Positions 26,712 through 40,956 are shown, counted from the first letter of the stretch. The stretch is 64,000 bases of DNA from Diadema antillarum (GCF_040938485.1 NW_027271798.1:248001-312000); one strand, 5' to 3'. Notes: generated by a model not told the origin, from the sequence alone. Numbers and translations are program-made.

Positions 26712-27560
26712 GATCCCCATTACTGTCAGGAACATCTACTATCATAATACTCGAAGTTGTTGTTGTTGTTGCGGCCTTATGTATTTCCTGTTTTATTCCG
26801 GCGTTGCTGGTTTTTCTATCTCCTGAGCCGTCGGCTCCGGGCAGCTGCGACCGGTGCCGTCGGCCGCAGAAGAGTATCCTGCATCGAATGGCGCGGGTTC
26901 CATCCCCGCTCCGCCTCCGTGTCGACGTCGAGGACGAAAAAGAAAAATTAATTAGATAGATGCATAATGCATTTTTGTGCGTGACGAAAGAGCCGAGCGT
27001 TTTAATATCCACCGATCCTGCGCTGGACTCCTGCTTTCTCGACCGTTCATCTTTTAGCTTGCAGAGACAGTGGGATACTAAAGATGATGGATGCGGCGAA
27101 ATCTCTGACATCTTCCGGCGGACGCGCACGCACACACACAATGTACCTCACAGAACTCTACACACTCTGAGTGTGTGTATATTTCTGTGATGTACCTTTG
27201 CCTCCGCCTGTTACGGGTGTGTAATGTATTGACGATGGTTACACGAAGCACTATATCTGCGTGCGCGTGATATGGACTACAAGGGCATTTACGTACAGTT
27301 CACCATTGGCGTCCCCAAATGAAAACAACGAACGTTGTTATTTAATTGTATTTTGCACAACTGCAGAATACTATGCAGCTCAGGTACGTTATTTAGTTTG
27401 CTCGCCGTTTGCTCTCAAGTCCGATGTCATTGTACGCAGACTGTTTAGGACGGCTAAATATATTTGCCGATCGTACCCTTCCATATCAGATTACACGCGC
27501 AGCTGTGTCCATTCGTTTACTGCAGAGCTGCTGTAATCATACATATTCATAAGATGAGCG
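26712..27560. promoter_or_regulatory. intronic CpG-rich island (possible internal or antisense promoter)
   Basis: high CpG/GC density within an otherwise CpG-depleted intron; not matched to other repeats in the window. Confidence 0.4.
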
Positions 27561-27839
27561 GACGTAGGGGAAAACCTCATTTTGCCGACCGCCTATTTTT
27601 AAAATTACAAGTGGAAATAGAATGTGTGGTTCTATGGTCTATCAAACCAAGTTTTGGTGCAAAAAAAAAAGAAAAAAAAGAGGGAGCAAATGAAGATGAA
27701 TAAATTATTCTTCTTTCTTCCATAACATGGGGGAAAAATATTAAAGAAAAAAAAACAAACGAGGTCATGAGACCCTACTCCCACAGGAGCATATTAAACC
27801 TGATGACTATGATCTCCCCCTCCCCAAATGATAACAATG

Positions 27840-27870
<31 letters not shown>

Positions 27871-28640
27871 TAATAATAATAACAATAATAGGAGCAATAA
27901 TTGTAGGCCTAATATTAATTATGATAATGTACAGTCTGAAGCAGATGATGGTTCTATGATATATCAAGCCAAGTTTTGGTTATTAAAAATAAAAAGGAGG
28001 GAGCAAATGAAGACGAAAATATTTCTTTTTTCTCTCATAACGTGGGGAAAAGAAATATGAAAAAAAACAAACAAACCGAGGCCTGGAGACCAGCCGTGGA
28101 TTCCCATGGGTGCCTTTGTGGATGCAAGAGCAGGGGGTAATCAAAGTCATAGTGTTAATATCTTCCCGTTTTGACGGGAACAATCTGTGGGCAGAACTTT
28201 CGGGGAATCTCATTTGCGTTTTTGGTAATTTTCCCTGAATGTTTTTGTTTTTTTGCCCTGCGGAGGTGGAAATGTGTGTGTGCGTGAGGGGGGGGGGGGA
28301 GGGGTGAGGGGCAACAAGACAACTGTTGGACTTCAACGGGTGCAAATAACCCCTCGAAACTCAAGTTCTATAATAACAGCAAGTAGTGGCGGGAATGATC
28401 CCTACCAATGGACCGGATCGCTGGGCACATACTACAAAAATGTATTATTAAATTTCTGGGAAGGGTGGTCATTTAGAAGACAGCACAATTAACGAAAGAA
28501 TGAGAAGACTTATCTTTTTATTTCTTCAATAAAAATGTGCAAAATCGTAAAATTATGAGAAAAAAAATAAAACCCCTCAGACCTGTGGATTTCCACGGGT
28601 GCTGCTAGTACAGTGTAGATTCCCTAAAAACATACAAGTA
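27545..28640. repeat. composite repeat with two about 130-bp direct copies flanking an (AAT)n tract
   Basis: 27633-27775 resembles 27950-28095 (atcaa(a/g)ccaagttttgg...gggagcaaatgaaga); (AAT)n at 27829-27890. Confidence 0.6.
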
Positions 28641-31600
28641 AATGTTATGATTTTATGGAGCAAGCAATTGAATTTCAGGTAAGAATCTACTCCATTGGAT
28701 ACCAGGACTACAGTATACATAGTGAGCAAAATCCAAGTTTAGAATTGCATGCAGTGGTATGTTTTGGGACCTTTGTACTCTCAGTTTTAGGAAATAAACT
28801 TTGAAACCATGATACTACTGTATATATGTACTATTCTTGTGTGCATCCTGTAGGAACCACCCCGATCCAGGATACTATCCTTTTTACTACAAGTTGGGTG
28901 CTGGGCATCTCTTTGTGTGGTGCATGACCTGGCTAAACCTGAACCATTATGCCATATTCATTTTGTCATTGTGTGGTACAACAACAAACTGGTGCCTATT
29001 ATCCATTAGCATCAGACCATGAAAAGGGTGGGATGGTTGGTCTTGACAGTTAAGTGGTTTTGATGTCTGAAAGTCTTTGTTCAAGGAATGCAGCGTGAGT
29101 GACTATTTCCTCAATAGATGTCTGCTTCGACACCATAATGTTCTGTCCTATATACATCTGTATTAGTGTATGCTCACTAGGGTGATGATTTGCCAAGTGA
29201 AATACTCTGTTAGGCATTTTAGGGGAAGTAATGCAACTTGTATGTACTCAATCCTGTATCACATCAGAGATGATATGAAAATGGAGTGTCAATGAGGCAA
29301 ATGTTTTTCTTCCAGCATAAGGCTATCCTTCATGCACTGTTTCAAACTAAATTCTAGACCTCTCACAGTCAGTAAATACAGTTACACTTCTTTTGTGATG
29401 TTTCTTGGAATATGGAGTGATCATCGGTTGGTCTTGATGCAAATTACAAAATAGCAACAAAATGTTGCAAACTGATGCCACAGTAGCCCTTGAAATGCAG
29501 AACCTTGGACTGTCGGCAGCCTCTTTTGATGCATGTAGTGGTGTAATCGATTGTTAGCAATTATTAAATTGCTTCAATCATTATATTGCTTCAGTTGCTT
29601 CAATCAGTATATTGCTTTATCATGCAACATGTTACTGTAAAGGTGAAATTTTCACTTGAGTCATTTTTTGCCCTCTGCAGGAGAAGATGAATTTCAAATA
29701 GCTTTACGTATAACAAGCAAAGATATTGATGTGCATTTATTTTTGCGCTAGTTTCTAGCCACGCAAAATGTGCAAAATTTCCACACTGCAAAGTTTCAAC
29801 ATTTACGGTATATGAACTGAGTAATCTAGTTTGATATTGCAACACTGCCAGATTCACAGTGATGTCGGCTGAATGTTGATTGCTCAACAGAAGGGGCTTG
29901 GTCCAGGCATGGGCAGTGCTGTGTGTGATGAGAACATGCTAATGACTCACAAGATACATCTCTGGTATTCATGGCTTATCATCAGCAAAGCCATACACTG
30001 ATATATGTACACTAATTTACACTAGTATTTTTTTTCTATCATTATTGTGTTTCTTCTACCCTAAAAAGAGCTTTGTTGCTTGCATCATGTTGAGCTTCAA
30101 TTCACTTCTCACTGTCAGACTTTAATTCCAGAGATCACTTTCACTGTTCAGTGGAAATTTTGGAAACATTCACATTTTATAACTGTCTTATTTTGTATTC
30201 TATTTTGATGAAATTCCTTCTTTTCTTCTTGCATATGGATAGCTAATGAATTTGGACTGTAAGTGGCACTTTACTTGAATACAAAATATTGAAATATATG
30301 AAATGTTTCCCTAAAGACTATAGTTCATGTATATATAATATAACAGTTCTGATAAGTGCAAGTCAGCTTGCTAAGTGAATGTTAGAGCCAAGCTGATTTC
30401 CATTCATTAATGAGAAATAGGCAGTGGGTGAGGTATTATGGTTTGAGTTTCCCTGCAGCAACTCTGTGCCTCTGATTGACAGTCCATTCATAATTTCAAT
30501 GTAGTTTGCTTCAACATGTCATGGTGGCTTAAAGAAAACTAGATGCATTTGTTGTGTTAGCTAATACATGGACTGAGGAAGATTGCATTATAGGATGAGA
30601 GGAGATGGCTCGACATAAATGTGAATTGTGTTTGCATGTAGTCAATTTCAGATTTCATCTGCAGTGCATCTAGGTTTTTGTATGAGTGGTTAATGCAGGG
30701 AATGGTGTAGGCTCAGGCAAGTATAACTGTGATTGAATTGAAGAAGAGGAGTGCTAGTCTCTGTCTGAATATTTTGGAGATGGAGCTGAATTAAAAAAAA
30801 CTATGCAATTTTGTCAACTTATGTGTTGAGAAGGAGAACCTCCATATTCTGTGAATGTCCTTAAAGATACTGAGACTATGTTAAAGTTGAATGGAGCTTT
30901 ACAATGAAATGGGAGGAGGGAGTGTTTTGCAAATACATAGTATTGCTTTGATAATTTTTTTTTCATTGTTAGTTTCCTGAAGCGCGGGGGGGGGGGGACA
31001 AGAAACATAGGCCTATACTAGTAACATACTGCAAGCATCAAATGAAAGGTGTGGTCACTGTACTTTGAATCGACTGGTAATGTACTGTATAGGCCCCTAC
31101 ATGGTTTATTTTCATGGATTTTGCTAGCAGAATTTTCAAAATCCAAATTCAAGAAAAGGTTGCCATGTATACCATGTCTCAGGTGAGAAATTGTAATTTT
31201 TCCTTTGAAAAGGGATATTTCTTTCCTACGTGTATCCCATCCATCTACAGTGTATTGTGTTTCTTGGGTGTGAATTGAACCACTCACGAATACTAGGCTC
31301 CTGTCCAAAATTGTTAGATAAATGCTTTACAAAATATGTGGCATTTGCAACAATATACCATAGATATGGGATAAATTTACCAACACAATGTAGTATTAAA
31401 ATTTTCATTGCAATCATAAGCGCTCAAAGAACTGAAGGAACAAGAAAGAAATCATGATTTTCATTTCTTGTTGGCAGATATGAAATGGAATGTGAGCTCA
31501 AAAGACAAAAACAAAACACACATAGAAAATTTAGCTTCATCAGCCTTGGAGTGGGGTCATCAATGCTGATTAACTCATCATAAAATATGAGATTTGTTTT

Positions 31601-33664
31601 CAAATGCAAGATGATATCTTAGAATTATACAGCCTACAGTACCTTGATTAGGTTTGTATTACAGTTGTGGTGGAATAAAGGAGAAAGATCCATGGGTTTT
31701 TTCCTTCCTTTTTTTTTCTCCAGAAGAACAGCTGGGTCCAATTTGTGTGTATTAGAACTTGGCACTCCAAGTATGTATCAAAGGGAAAGTAAATTGCAAT
31801 GGTGAGAAGGTACAATGCACTGTGGGGAATGTTGATGGGCACAAGGCCACATTGGGGGGGGGGGGGGGGGGGGGGGAATCTGTAATATGATATACAGATG
31901 GAAGTCTTTGGAGTATGCTGGTCATGTTCAGAGAATGTTTGTAGAAGGTTTGGGGGGGGGGGGGGTTCCATAACGGTAGGCCATACAGAGGAAGGAAGGA
32001 TAATGTTCCCTGGTGGTAATATCCTGATGGGGGTGATGTTTGCCATCATTTTAGTGTGATGGTGGTTTCATACATACTGCACTGAGGCAGTGTGATATGG
32101 TGCCAATTGAGTCCTTCTAGGAAGTATTGGATAGATGAACTCTTCCTTTTAATCTCTCACCAATCTGTGTATGCTAGCTCTCTGTCTGGTTAGGTAGAGA
32201 GAATGAGCTGTTGAGACATGGCAGTGATATCATGTAGCAATGATGTCATGGAGGGATTATGCTTGCTATGTTCATCTGAGATTGCTGGATTCTGAGATGC
32301 ACATTAATCAAACTCTCATCTTCCCCCACTGTACTTTTCCAGTTCAGCCATTTTACCCCACCATCTCAGCATCAGCAATTCTGATTAGATACAAATTTGT
32401 AATCTTCATCAGGCATAATCAGGGAGAAGAGTAGGGGGAGGAAGGGCAAGAGGTAGGATTGTACAATTATTGTAAATATTTACCAACTTGAGAGGGAAGT
32501 GAAGTCTTCCCCGTCTGGTGAACTCATCAAGGGATGCAGCAACCATCTTCTTGAAGTGTTTGGAGGTGCTATCAGCCCTCTCCTCCTCCTCTCATCACAC
32601 CAAATGAGCCTAAGGCCCGTGGGAGTATTGTAGGAGTATTGATTTGCCCTACAGATAGACGGACTGGGGGAAGTCCAAAGGCAGAAAAAATTCTGACTGG
32701 AGGGGTGTGAATCAGACAGTCATGCTCAGCATGTGTCACACGGTTCTCTTGTGTGGTTCTCTTGTGCGGTTCCCTTGTGCGGTGCAGATTACACACAGCC
32801 TAGCCCATGGCATAGTCGTAAAACTTTCATGTACACTTGAACGCGGCAATCAAGATATTTACGACTGGCCACGCTTTAATGGTTTTGAAAGCACCATTAA
32901 TTTGTGGTCTGTCTTTGTGTAATGCATGGGTCACTAAATATTCATGTTATAAAGGCAATTGACAATGGATGAGTGTGTACCTTTGTGTACGATGGGAGTT
33001 GTCAGAATCCATTATTCGTCACCAACTCTCATTTCATTTGTTTCTATGACTGTGGGTGATAATCATCTGCTTTCTTCTCGGGTATTTTTTTATTCTCAAA
33101 TTTCATCATGTGCCTAATGAAAAGCAGCTGATGTCATACTATTATGTACATTTATATGCCATGTGACCAACAACCTTTGTTTAGGCACAACGTGATATGA
33201 AGATGTCTAAGACATTTTGTCTGTTTGTTCAGAGAGAAAGCTCCCCCCCCCCCCCCCCCCTCCCATTTTGGCCTGGATTAGAAAATAGAAGAAATGATGA
33301 AAATTCAAGCAAACTCTGCCCCCCAAAAAAGTAAAATTTTAATCTTTCGATATTGGCAAATCACCTTTAAATGTATGCCATATTCTCTTCTGTATGAGAG
33401 GATGTATAGGAGCATGATGTCTTTGGCAAACAAGTCTCTCTCTTTGTCTGTCTGGACTTTAAGGCTAGTGACATTTAATGTACAGTGGAAATGAGGAGCA
33501 CTATGTATGCAATGTTGCAGTCCTATAGACCAAAGGTTATCATTGTTAAATCACCTATTCTTATTTAAATATGCTCATCTCTTGTACCTCCCTCAGTAGC
33601 CTCTCTGTGCACTGTGTGAAGGCATTTTGAGGTGATAGCCCTTAAGTGGGTACCTCATTGTCCT

Positions 33665-33893
33665 GGAGACTAGGTGGCAAGCTTGTAGTGATTGTATCAA
33701 GTCTCCACTGGTTGTGGAGATGTCTCCGTGATGTCTCCTGGAGACTAGCGGAGTCTCCGGGGAGAATTGAGCAAGTTCAATTTTGTAGGAGACCTTTTCC
33801 ACTGTCCAGCTGGTCTTGGAGACATCTCAGTGACATTTCAGCAATGTCTCCACATCAGCATTTCTTGATGAGACAAGGCAACCCTGAGGAGAC
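33665..33893. repeat. GGAGAC/GTCTCC motif-rich repeat element
   Basis: ten copies of the hexamer in both orientations in about 230 bp. Confidence 0.7.
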
Positions 33894-34012
33894 CCATGGT
33901 GACCTACAGATAACATGGGATGTCGTTGAGATGTCCCCATAATGCAAATCAGTTGTCACGTTGTTTGGAGATGCCTCAGATGTTAACCTGGTGTGAGCAC
34001 AAGCTATATAGG

Positions 34013-34014
<2 letters not shown>

Positions 34015-34056
<42 letters not shown>
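34015..34056. repeat. (TA)n microsatellite
   Basis: perfect TA run. Confidence 0.98.
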
Positions 34057-34060
<4 letters not shown>

Positions 34061-34171
34061 CTTTTTTGAGTTGCACAAGTTGCTACACTTGATCAGTTGT
34101 GGCAGTTATAGCAATGTCTCCTCCATTGAGATAGGCTCTTTAAAGTGTCACAATTTCATGGATTTCAAATG

Positions 34172-34392
34172 TACTGTTTAAGCTGTTATTTTCACGTACA
34201 GATATTTTCAAGAATGAGGAGATCACAGGTATTTGTAAGAGATTTTTTGAGAGTTTGCGAATTGACACTGATGATATCGTACGTACACTATACCCTAGCG
34301 CGTGGCAACATTTTCACGTGTTGATAAATTCGCGATCACACAGTGATTTAAAAAAAAAAAAAAAACCCGTGAAAATAACGGCCTATGCAATA
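34172..34392. mobile_element. degenerate TA-MITE
   Basis: tactgt...gttattttcacg / cgtgaaaataac inverted arms. Confidence 0.6.
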
Positions 34393-34891
34393 TGTTGAAA
34401 TATTCAGTGTGTACCCATTTGAGTGTTTTGAGCACCTAGTGGGAATACAAATATGGACCACAATGTCATCTCTTTATGCTCATACACACTGATATGTTCT
34501 GTTTGAAAGTTCTGGGATTAAGAGTGCTCACCATGTTTTTCTCTCTGTCTTTTTTTGTTAGCATTAGTTGAGTGGGATGACTAATCCAAGGTTAATATTA
34601 CGTAACATACCATGCAAGATGAAAACACATAATAACTGTGGTATTAAACCATAAAGGCTTCACCTGCTCATAATCCTTTCCAGCCACGAGGGTAAGATAG
34701 GCATTATCTCGATCTTCACAGTGAAACAGGTGTTCTATTCATGTCTGAATGCATTCATTGAAAAGGCATGATCTACATGAAGTCTTCAGTGTTAGAAAGT
34801 CTGCGACTCTTGATAGGGCTGCGAGTCAAACTGTCATTGATCTCTGGAGTAATGATTTGTTCTGTCTTGTTTTTATCTTCCTTTACTGCAG

Positions 34892-34954
34892 AGTCGAGAA
34901 ATGACGGTGGAAGTGCACAATGAAATCCTTAGAGTACTGAATGAGTTATTTGCG
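34892..34954 (+). CDS. SRGAP: srGAP exon, F-BAR (SREMTVEVHNEILRVLNELFA)
   Basis: polypyrimidine-ctgcag acceptor, GCG|gtaagt donor, 63 nt, phase 0-0; resembles SKEIAFQLHEDLMKVLNELYT. Confidence 0.92.
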
Positions 34955-36158
34955 GTAAGTGTCACTGAAAACACTGGGGGTTATAATGGAGTTATAATAC
35001 AGCTGCACATACATAGATCTTCCAACTACAGACAATACGCTATATTAACAATACCAAGGGTGACTCCATGGAATGGCAGAAAGCTTTAGCCATGTAAATC
35101 TCATTAAAGACCAGTGAACATTTATGGAAACTACCAGAAAATGTAGGTAGTTTGACACAGGTTTATTATTCATCTTATTTTAGGTGAACATGACGTGATA
35201 TGAAAGAACATTTTTACATGTAAATATGAAGCTATAAAAGCAAATGAATAAACCCTATCACAGAAAGTATAGTATTCCAAATCCAAGAAAGTTAAAGTTA
35301 AAGTTATGAAACATTAGTGTGTGATCAATGATTAAAAAAAGTATGAGCAAAATGTATATGTAAACATTATTCAAGTTATGGACATTATATCAGGAAGTTA
35401 TGAAACATTTTGATCAGTAATCATGTTTGTGTATATATGTGTATGTGTGTATTAATTTGTATCAGCCTGTGTGACCATTGAACAATTGTCTCTATGTCAG
35501 TTTTTATTGCCTTTATTACACCTGTAGATGTGGTTTGAGAATGTGTTGAATCATTGAAACCATTTAATGAGCTTTCATTGTATCTAATGCTAATGAATTG
35601 AGGCCTTCTCCATGAAGTAATAAAGTAACATATGGAGTCACATTCGTACATGTTGCCACTCTCTATAGGCAGATCATTGTGGGAGTCTCAGATTGAAATG
35701 AACTCACTGTAGTTTGAAATGACCTTTTATGTGGCAGACATAGGGCAACTTTCAAGTCGTCATGACAATGTTATCACAAATGACACCTTTGTGATAATAC
35801 AAGAAGATACAATAATTGATTAATGAGAATGAAATTAAAAGTGAGAAGTCCTTTCATTTTTTAAGCTTCAAATGCAGGATATTTTGGATGAAATGTGATG
35901 CATGCAGTTCAATAATAAACTCCTTCAGACGACATAGCATGGACATCTTAATAGACCTCTTTGAGCAGCTTCTATTTTGATTGCACTGGCTGCATATACC
36001 CTCTTTTTAGTCATAATGTTTGCGTAGGAGGCAAGTAGAAAACATGTGGGAGATGAAGGAAGTTTCCTGCATGAGAAAAAAAAATCTTGATACTTCGCGA
36101 AAACAGACCATTCCAGGAAGTCCCCAAAAATAACATTCTAGTGTGTTTTCAGATTGTG

Positions 36159-36549
36159 TTAAAGGGATAGTACAGTATTGGTGGAGATGAGAATTGAGCT
36201 TTTAACTTTTTTGCGAGATACCAAGAAAATACTTATGGTATAGTACAGGGCATACCATTTTAAGAGGAATTCAAAGCTAATTTGATGAAAATCGGGTTTG
36301 GAATGACTGAAACAGCCAAAAACAAAGTAAAACAAAGCAATCGTAATAAAGTGTGGGTCCCACACTTTATTAGAATCGCCCTTTTTGGGATATCTCAGCC
36401 ATTTCCAAACCAATTTTCATCAAATAAACGTTGAATTCCTCATAAAAAGACACGCTCTTTCATATTTCATAAGAAGTTTCTCATTATCTAACCAAAGAAT
36501 GTTAGAAACCTGAAATTAGGTCTCAACCAAAACTATACGATCCCTTTAA
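36159..36549. mobile_element. complete TTAA-flanked MITE family A
   Basis: ttaaagggat...atccctttaa ends; long inverted arms around central palindrome aataaagtgtgggtcccacactttatt. Confidence 0.92.
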
Positions 36550-36804
36550 CAGACATCTGTGCTCAAAATTACAAACATGGCTTGGTAATTCACACAATGT
36601 CATAAAATCTCCAATACAGTGCTTTTTTTTTTGTCAACCAGTGGTATGAATTTATGCCACTTGATTGCAAAAGCAGCTTTGAATGCCATTTATTAGTTCA
36701 ATTTCAGGGTCAACTATGTTCTGTATAATCATAAAACTGAGTGACACGACAAATAATCATGACTTTTCACTGATGAAAATGTCCCATGTGTCTCCAATTG
36801 CCAG

Positions 36805-36939
36805 GAAACCAAGTCATACCATGCAGCACACGGCAGCTACAAGGCCATGGAAGACAAAATGCAGCAAATTGCAGCCGACTTGGAGAAAGCGAGGAAGAAA
36901 GGGAAAAGAGTGAAAGACCATGAAAGGCAACATGAAAAG
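36805..36939 (+). CDS. SRGAP: srGAP exon, F-BAR (ETKSYHAAHGSYKAMEDKMQQIAADLEKARKKGKRVKDHERQHEK)
   Basis: ccag acceptor, AAG|gtaatt donor, 135 nt, phase 0-0; resembles VMKTYHMYHAESISAESKLKEAE. Confidence 0.88.
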
Positions 36940-37409
36940 GTAATTCAAGGGCTGCCAAATGAGAAAGTAGAACAAATGCATTTTTCCCTCTTGATGATAC
37001 AAAAGGCTTTCTTCTTTTTGAAGTCAGGGAAGATGATGAATGCATGTCTTGTGCTCAGTTGGCTTGATGTAAGAGGAAGAATGAAACATGAATGTTGAGA
37101 AGCTCTATACAGCCATTTCAGCAACAAAAGGGAGCTATTAAGTAGTGCTGAGATATGATGGCCTGTCTGATCTCATCCATAAACTTTGGCCTATATGTAG
37201 GTGCTCACATGACAACTCAGTCCTGGGGGCAATATGTCATTATACATGTGTAGCATGTCTTAAAAGGCCCACTTGTCTATTTTTACGCTTTCCATTGATA
37301 CAGACAGTCTTAGTAATAGACACAGACAATCAAAAAAAGGAAGTTAACGAGAAGTTGTAAGGCTGACAAATGATATAAGAAAGTTTCTAATTGGTTAGGA
37401 AGTGGAAGA

Positions 37410-37935
37410 TACTGTATACGCTATATATTTCGCGTGGGTTTTATTTTCGCGAATTTCGCGAGTCGGGAGCTATTCGCGAAATTAACAACACGCGAAAATA
37501 TTACCTTCCAAAATGAATCCCTTGCCTTGATGATACGAACATTTCAGTATTAGTATACCATGTCACGGCTTACCGAACAGACCATTCTGGCTAAGCTTGT
37601 TTACGCACGTCCACGTCTCATACTTACGAATACTGTAGAGAGCCCATCCATTACCGCAAGGGGACCACTCGTCAGAAATCTAGCACGATGGACTTAACCA
37701 CTTCAAAAATATTGAATTCTAACTTACTAGTTTGCAGAGTTTGATAAGTTTTTTTCATGCAGTGTATAACTAGTATCATTCTTATTTGCTAGTAAGTTGA
37801 AAATTCACACTTTCTTTAAATTGCCACTTCATATTTTCTCTGGTCCCCCAATCGCGAATTTAACCACTCGCGAAAATGTGTGACAGCGGCAATTCGCGGA
37901 AATTTATGTACGCGAAAATTATAGCGTATACAGTA
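37410..37935. mobile_element. 526-bp TA-flanked MITE with CGCGAA-rich arms
   Basis: tactgtatacgctat / atagcgtatacagta perfect 15-bp inverted ends. Confidence 0.88.
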
Positions 37936-39483
37936 TTCAAAATGCTGAAACAAACAAGTTCATACACTTTAGACTGATGCCATTAAAGACCGTGGGATCC
38001 TTTTTAAAGTTTCGTTCGAGAACTCATGTCCTCATCATAAATTGCTTTCTCATCATAATAAGCCTTTTCCTAACACTGACATGAGAGTTTTTATTGGTGA
38101 TATTAAATTGTTTCGCATTGACATGCAGCCATAAATAATTTGAGAAATGTTTAACTGGAGACTCAAATTCTCCCCATGATATATAACATCCGAGCAAAGC
38201 ATATTTTTTCAGTGATTTATAAATTTGAATAAAGTGTTCATTGGATTATGGCTGCTTATGTTCAAAACTGGATTGCTTTCTGTTTTCAATCTTTGTGCTA
38301 ATTTTCTCTCTAAGAATAATGATGAGTAACTCCCCCCCCCCCCCCCCCCCCCATCAAAAAAGAAAAGGATCATGAATTTAAATGAAGGGAACGTGTTGTT
38401 GTGTGGTGGGATGAATTATTTTGGTGAAAGATTTTCTGGGTTTGACAATCATACTTTGCAACAAAAAAAGACCCTTCATGGAGCCTGTTGTGTTTCCCAC
38501 TGTTCCTATCATTTTTCCACTGAGAATTGTAGAAATGAGACGGACTACAAAATCCATCATTACATGTTTAATTGGGTAATTCGAGTGATATTACTTGGGC
38601 AGAACTTATTTAGCTCTATTTCTTCAGAGCTTCTCATGCTATCATCTCTAAGAGAATGACACAGGACTTTTTGTACAATATGTTCTGTAGGGTTTGAAAT
38701 TATATGTTATCAGAAATATTAGACTGTTTTAAATGTGCTTTTTGCTCATGGCACACAGAAGAGCAGTAGCCACCTGGTTGCAAAATTGACTTGAATATAA
38801 TGACACTGATTTTTTTTTTTTTTTTTGCCTCAAGCATTCTGTGTTTAAGTGTTGACTGTCATTGGAGTAGAAACAAAGAGACAGAATGATATACAGATAA
38901 TACACAGTGAGGGCATTTAGTATGAATTTCTCATGCAAGGTACCTATGGAACAATCTAAGATGCCTGAGGCGATAGCCAAGAATGTTCGGACTATTTCGA
39001 TGATATCGAGTGTGGATAATTGTACTAATGCCAGAACAAAACGATGTGTATTATTTCCTGTATAGAATGATGAAGCAGATCCTTGTTGTTTGATAAATCC
39101 CCCTCATCACGAGTAAATCAAACAATGAAATGTTGCCTGATCGCCATGTGAAAGTGCTAGTGATCAGTCATAAGTAAGACTATGTGTTTGGCAAACTAAA
39201 TGCCTGGTCACGTGTATGCTCTCAACCAATTATTTGATTAGGATTTGCTTCATAATTTAATCAGAGTTGTTATGCTAGAATATGACATAATGATAGCAGT
39301 TATGGGATTTAACGGTTTTATATGTGCATATTGAAAAAATTATATTGGTCTCTGAGAAGTGATGTTAGTCTTAATCACAGACATGAATTAAATCCAAGCT
39401 GATTCTTCCACTGAATTGCATGCAACTCTGTACAGCATTTAATTTTGATGAGAGCAGTAAGAAAAACTTCACCTCAAATGATT

Positions 39484-39692
39484 AGTGTAAAACGAAGAAT
39501 GTTCGCGTGCATTCTACCTTCCCGTGTTTCGCAAGAGCCAAGATTCACAAAATTAAGATGCACTTGAAAGTTCTTGTCTACACTATACGCATTAAATGTT
39601 AGAGGCAACTCGCGAAAATTTCATGCTGCAAAAAAGGCTGTCGGCTCCAATTCGTGAAATTTCATGACGCGAAAATATCATGTTTTACAGTA
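39484..39692 (+). mobile_element. TA-flanked MITE family C
   Basis: collinear with 26501-26711. Confidence 0.85.
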
Positions 39693-40956
39693 GTGTGTTG
39701 TAATAACAGAGCATTGATGACTTTTTATGGCTTCTGTGTCCAAACCATTGGGAGAATAGCAGGATGTGACATCATAACTTTATCTAATTTGTTGAAATTG
39801 ATTAAGGCTAACATGGTCATGATGTGTCATTGCACATAAAATTGGCTACTAGCAGCTGTCGTGGGTTACATACTCTGATCACTTAGACAAGTTGTCCCAG
39901 TTGTCCCAATTTTCATCTACCTTTATCAAACAAGTCTGTCTTTGAATTGAACTATATTGGTTATACAAAGTAGGACATATCTTGCTGTGAAAGGTTGTTT
40001 ACCATTACACATGGTATGGTATACCTTTAAAACAGAGAGTGAATGAGCTGTCCGACCACAGTTTGTTACTGGAGCGCTTCATGTAAAATGTCATGGTACA
40101 TATCTCTTTATACATGTGGTGGTGATTTCCTTTTTTTCCCCCCTCTGTTTTCTTTTGCTGCTTGATTTGATGCTGTAACAATTGTATATGGCGAGGCCAG
40201 ACAAGCCAAGCATAGCAAACAAAACATGATTTCCAGGAACTGGGAGAGGTAAAGTTAGAAAGCATGCCAAATTTGATCACTGATAGTGACATGTGGTTTT
40301 CACATTTTTTTCCTCTCTCTTTTCCTGATGAATCTGATGGTACACTACTCAAAACTCACATTATGCCTTCAAACATTTACCATGGGAAATTCCCAAGGAA
40401 ATCCAGAAGTATCCATCCTGTTCCAGCTTAGATATCCTGTGTTTAGGAGAGAGAGAGAAAAAAAATATATATATGTTATGCAGGTGGTGTGTATGTACAT
40501 TGTATAAGGGCATAATCTTTAACAAATTTCTGTTGCTTTGCTTTCTTTTTTTATGATAATTGTCAGTAAATATCACATTGAGCAAGTCTGTAGTACCATC
40601 CAATCAGAAAAAAAAGAAAGAAACCATCAACTTCTGATCTTTTAGTCAGAGCAAAGATTTATATAATGATGAATTTAGTGATTAGATATATCTTTTGCAA
40701 GTAGCAAGTAGCAAAAAATGATACTTTCCAGTATACCTAGATCCTATGGGAAAATATGTGATTAAAATTCTGCGCCATATATACTCCCATACATTTGTAT
40801 CTTTGTAAAAGGCAGTTCGTGCTTACAGACACTGTACATGCACCACCCAGACTATGACACACACACAAAAAGAAGTGAGACAACATCACTGCCTTGAAGT
40901 TGTTGATTCTATTTTGACATTGATGGCAACATTTCCTCTCTTGTCTTTCACTTTAG

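Noticed and set aside
26537-26959. 140-aa plus ORF with a transmembrane-like segment
   Set aside because: The first half is MITE sequence and the hydrophobic stretch derives from a (GTT)n microsatellite.
31018-31609. Chain of adjacent minus-strand ORFs suggesting a decayed gene
   Set aside because: No recognisable motifs or splice structure; consistent with random ORFs.
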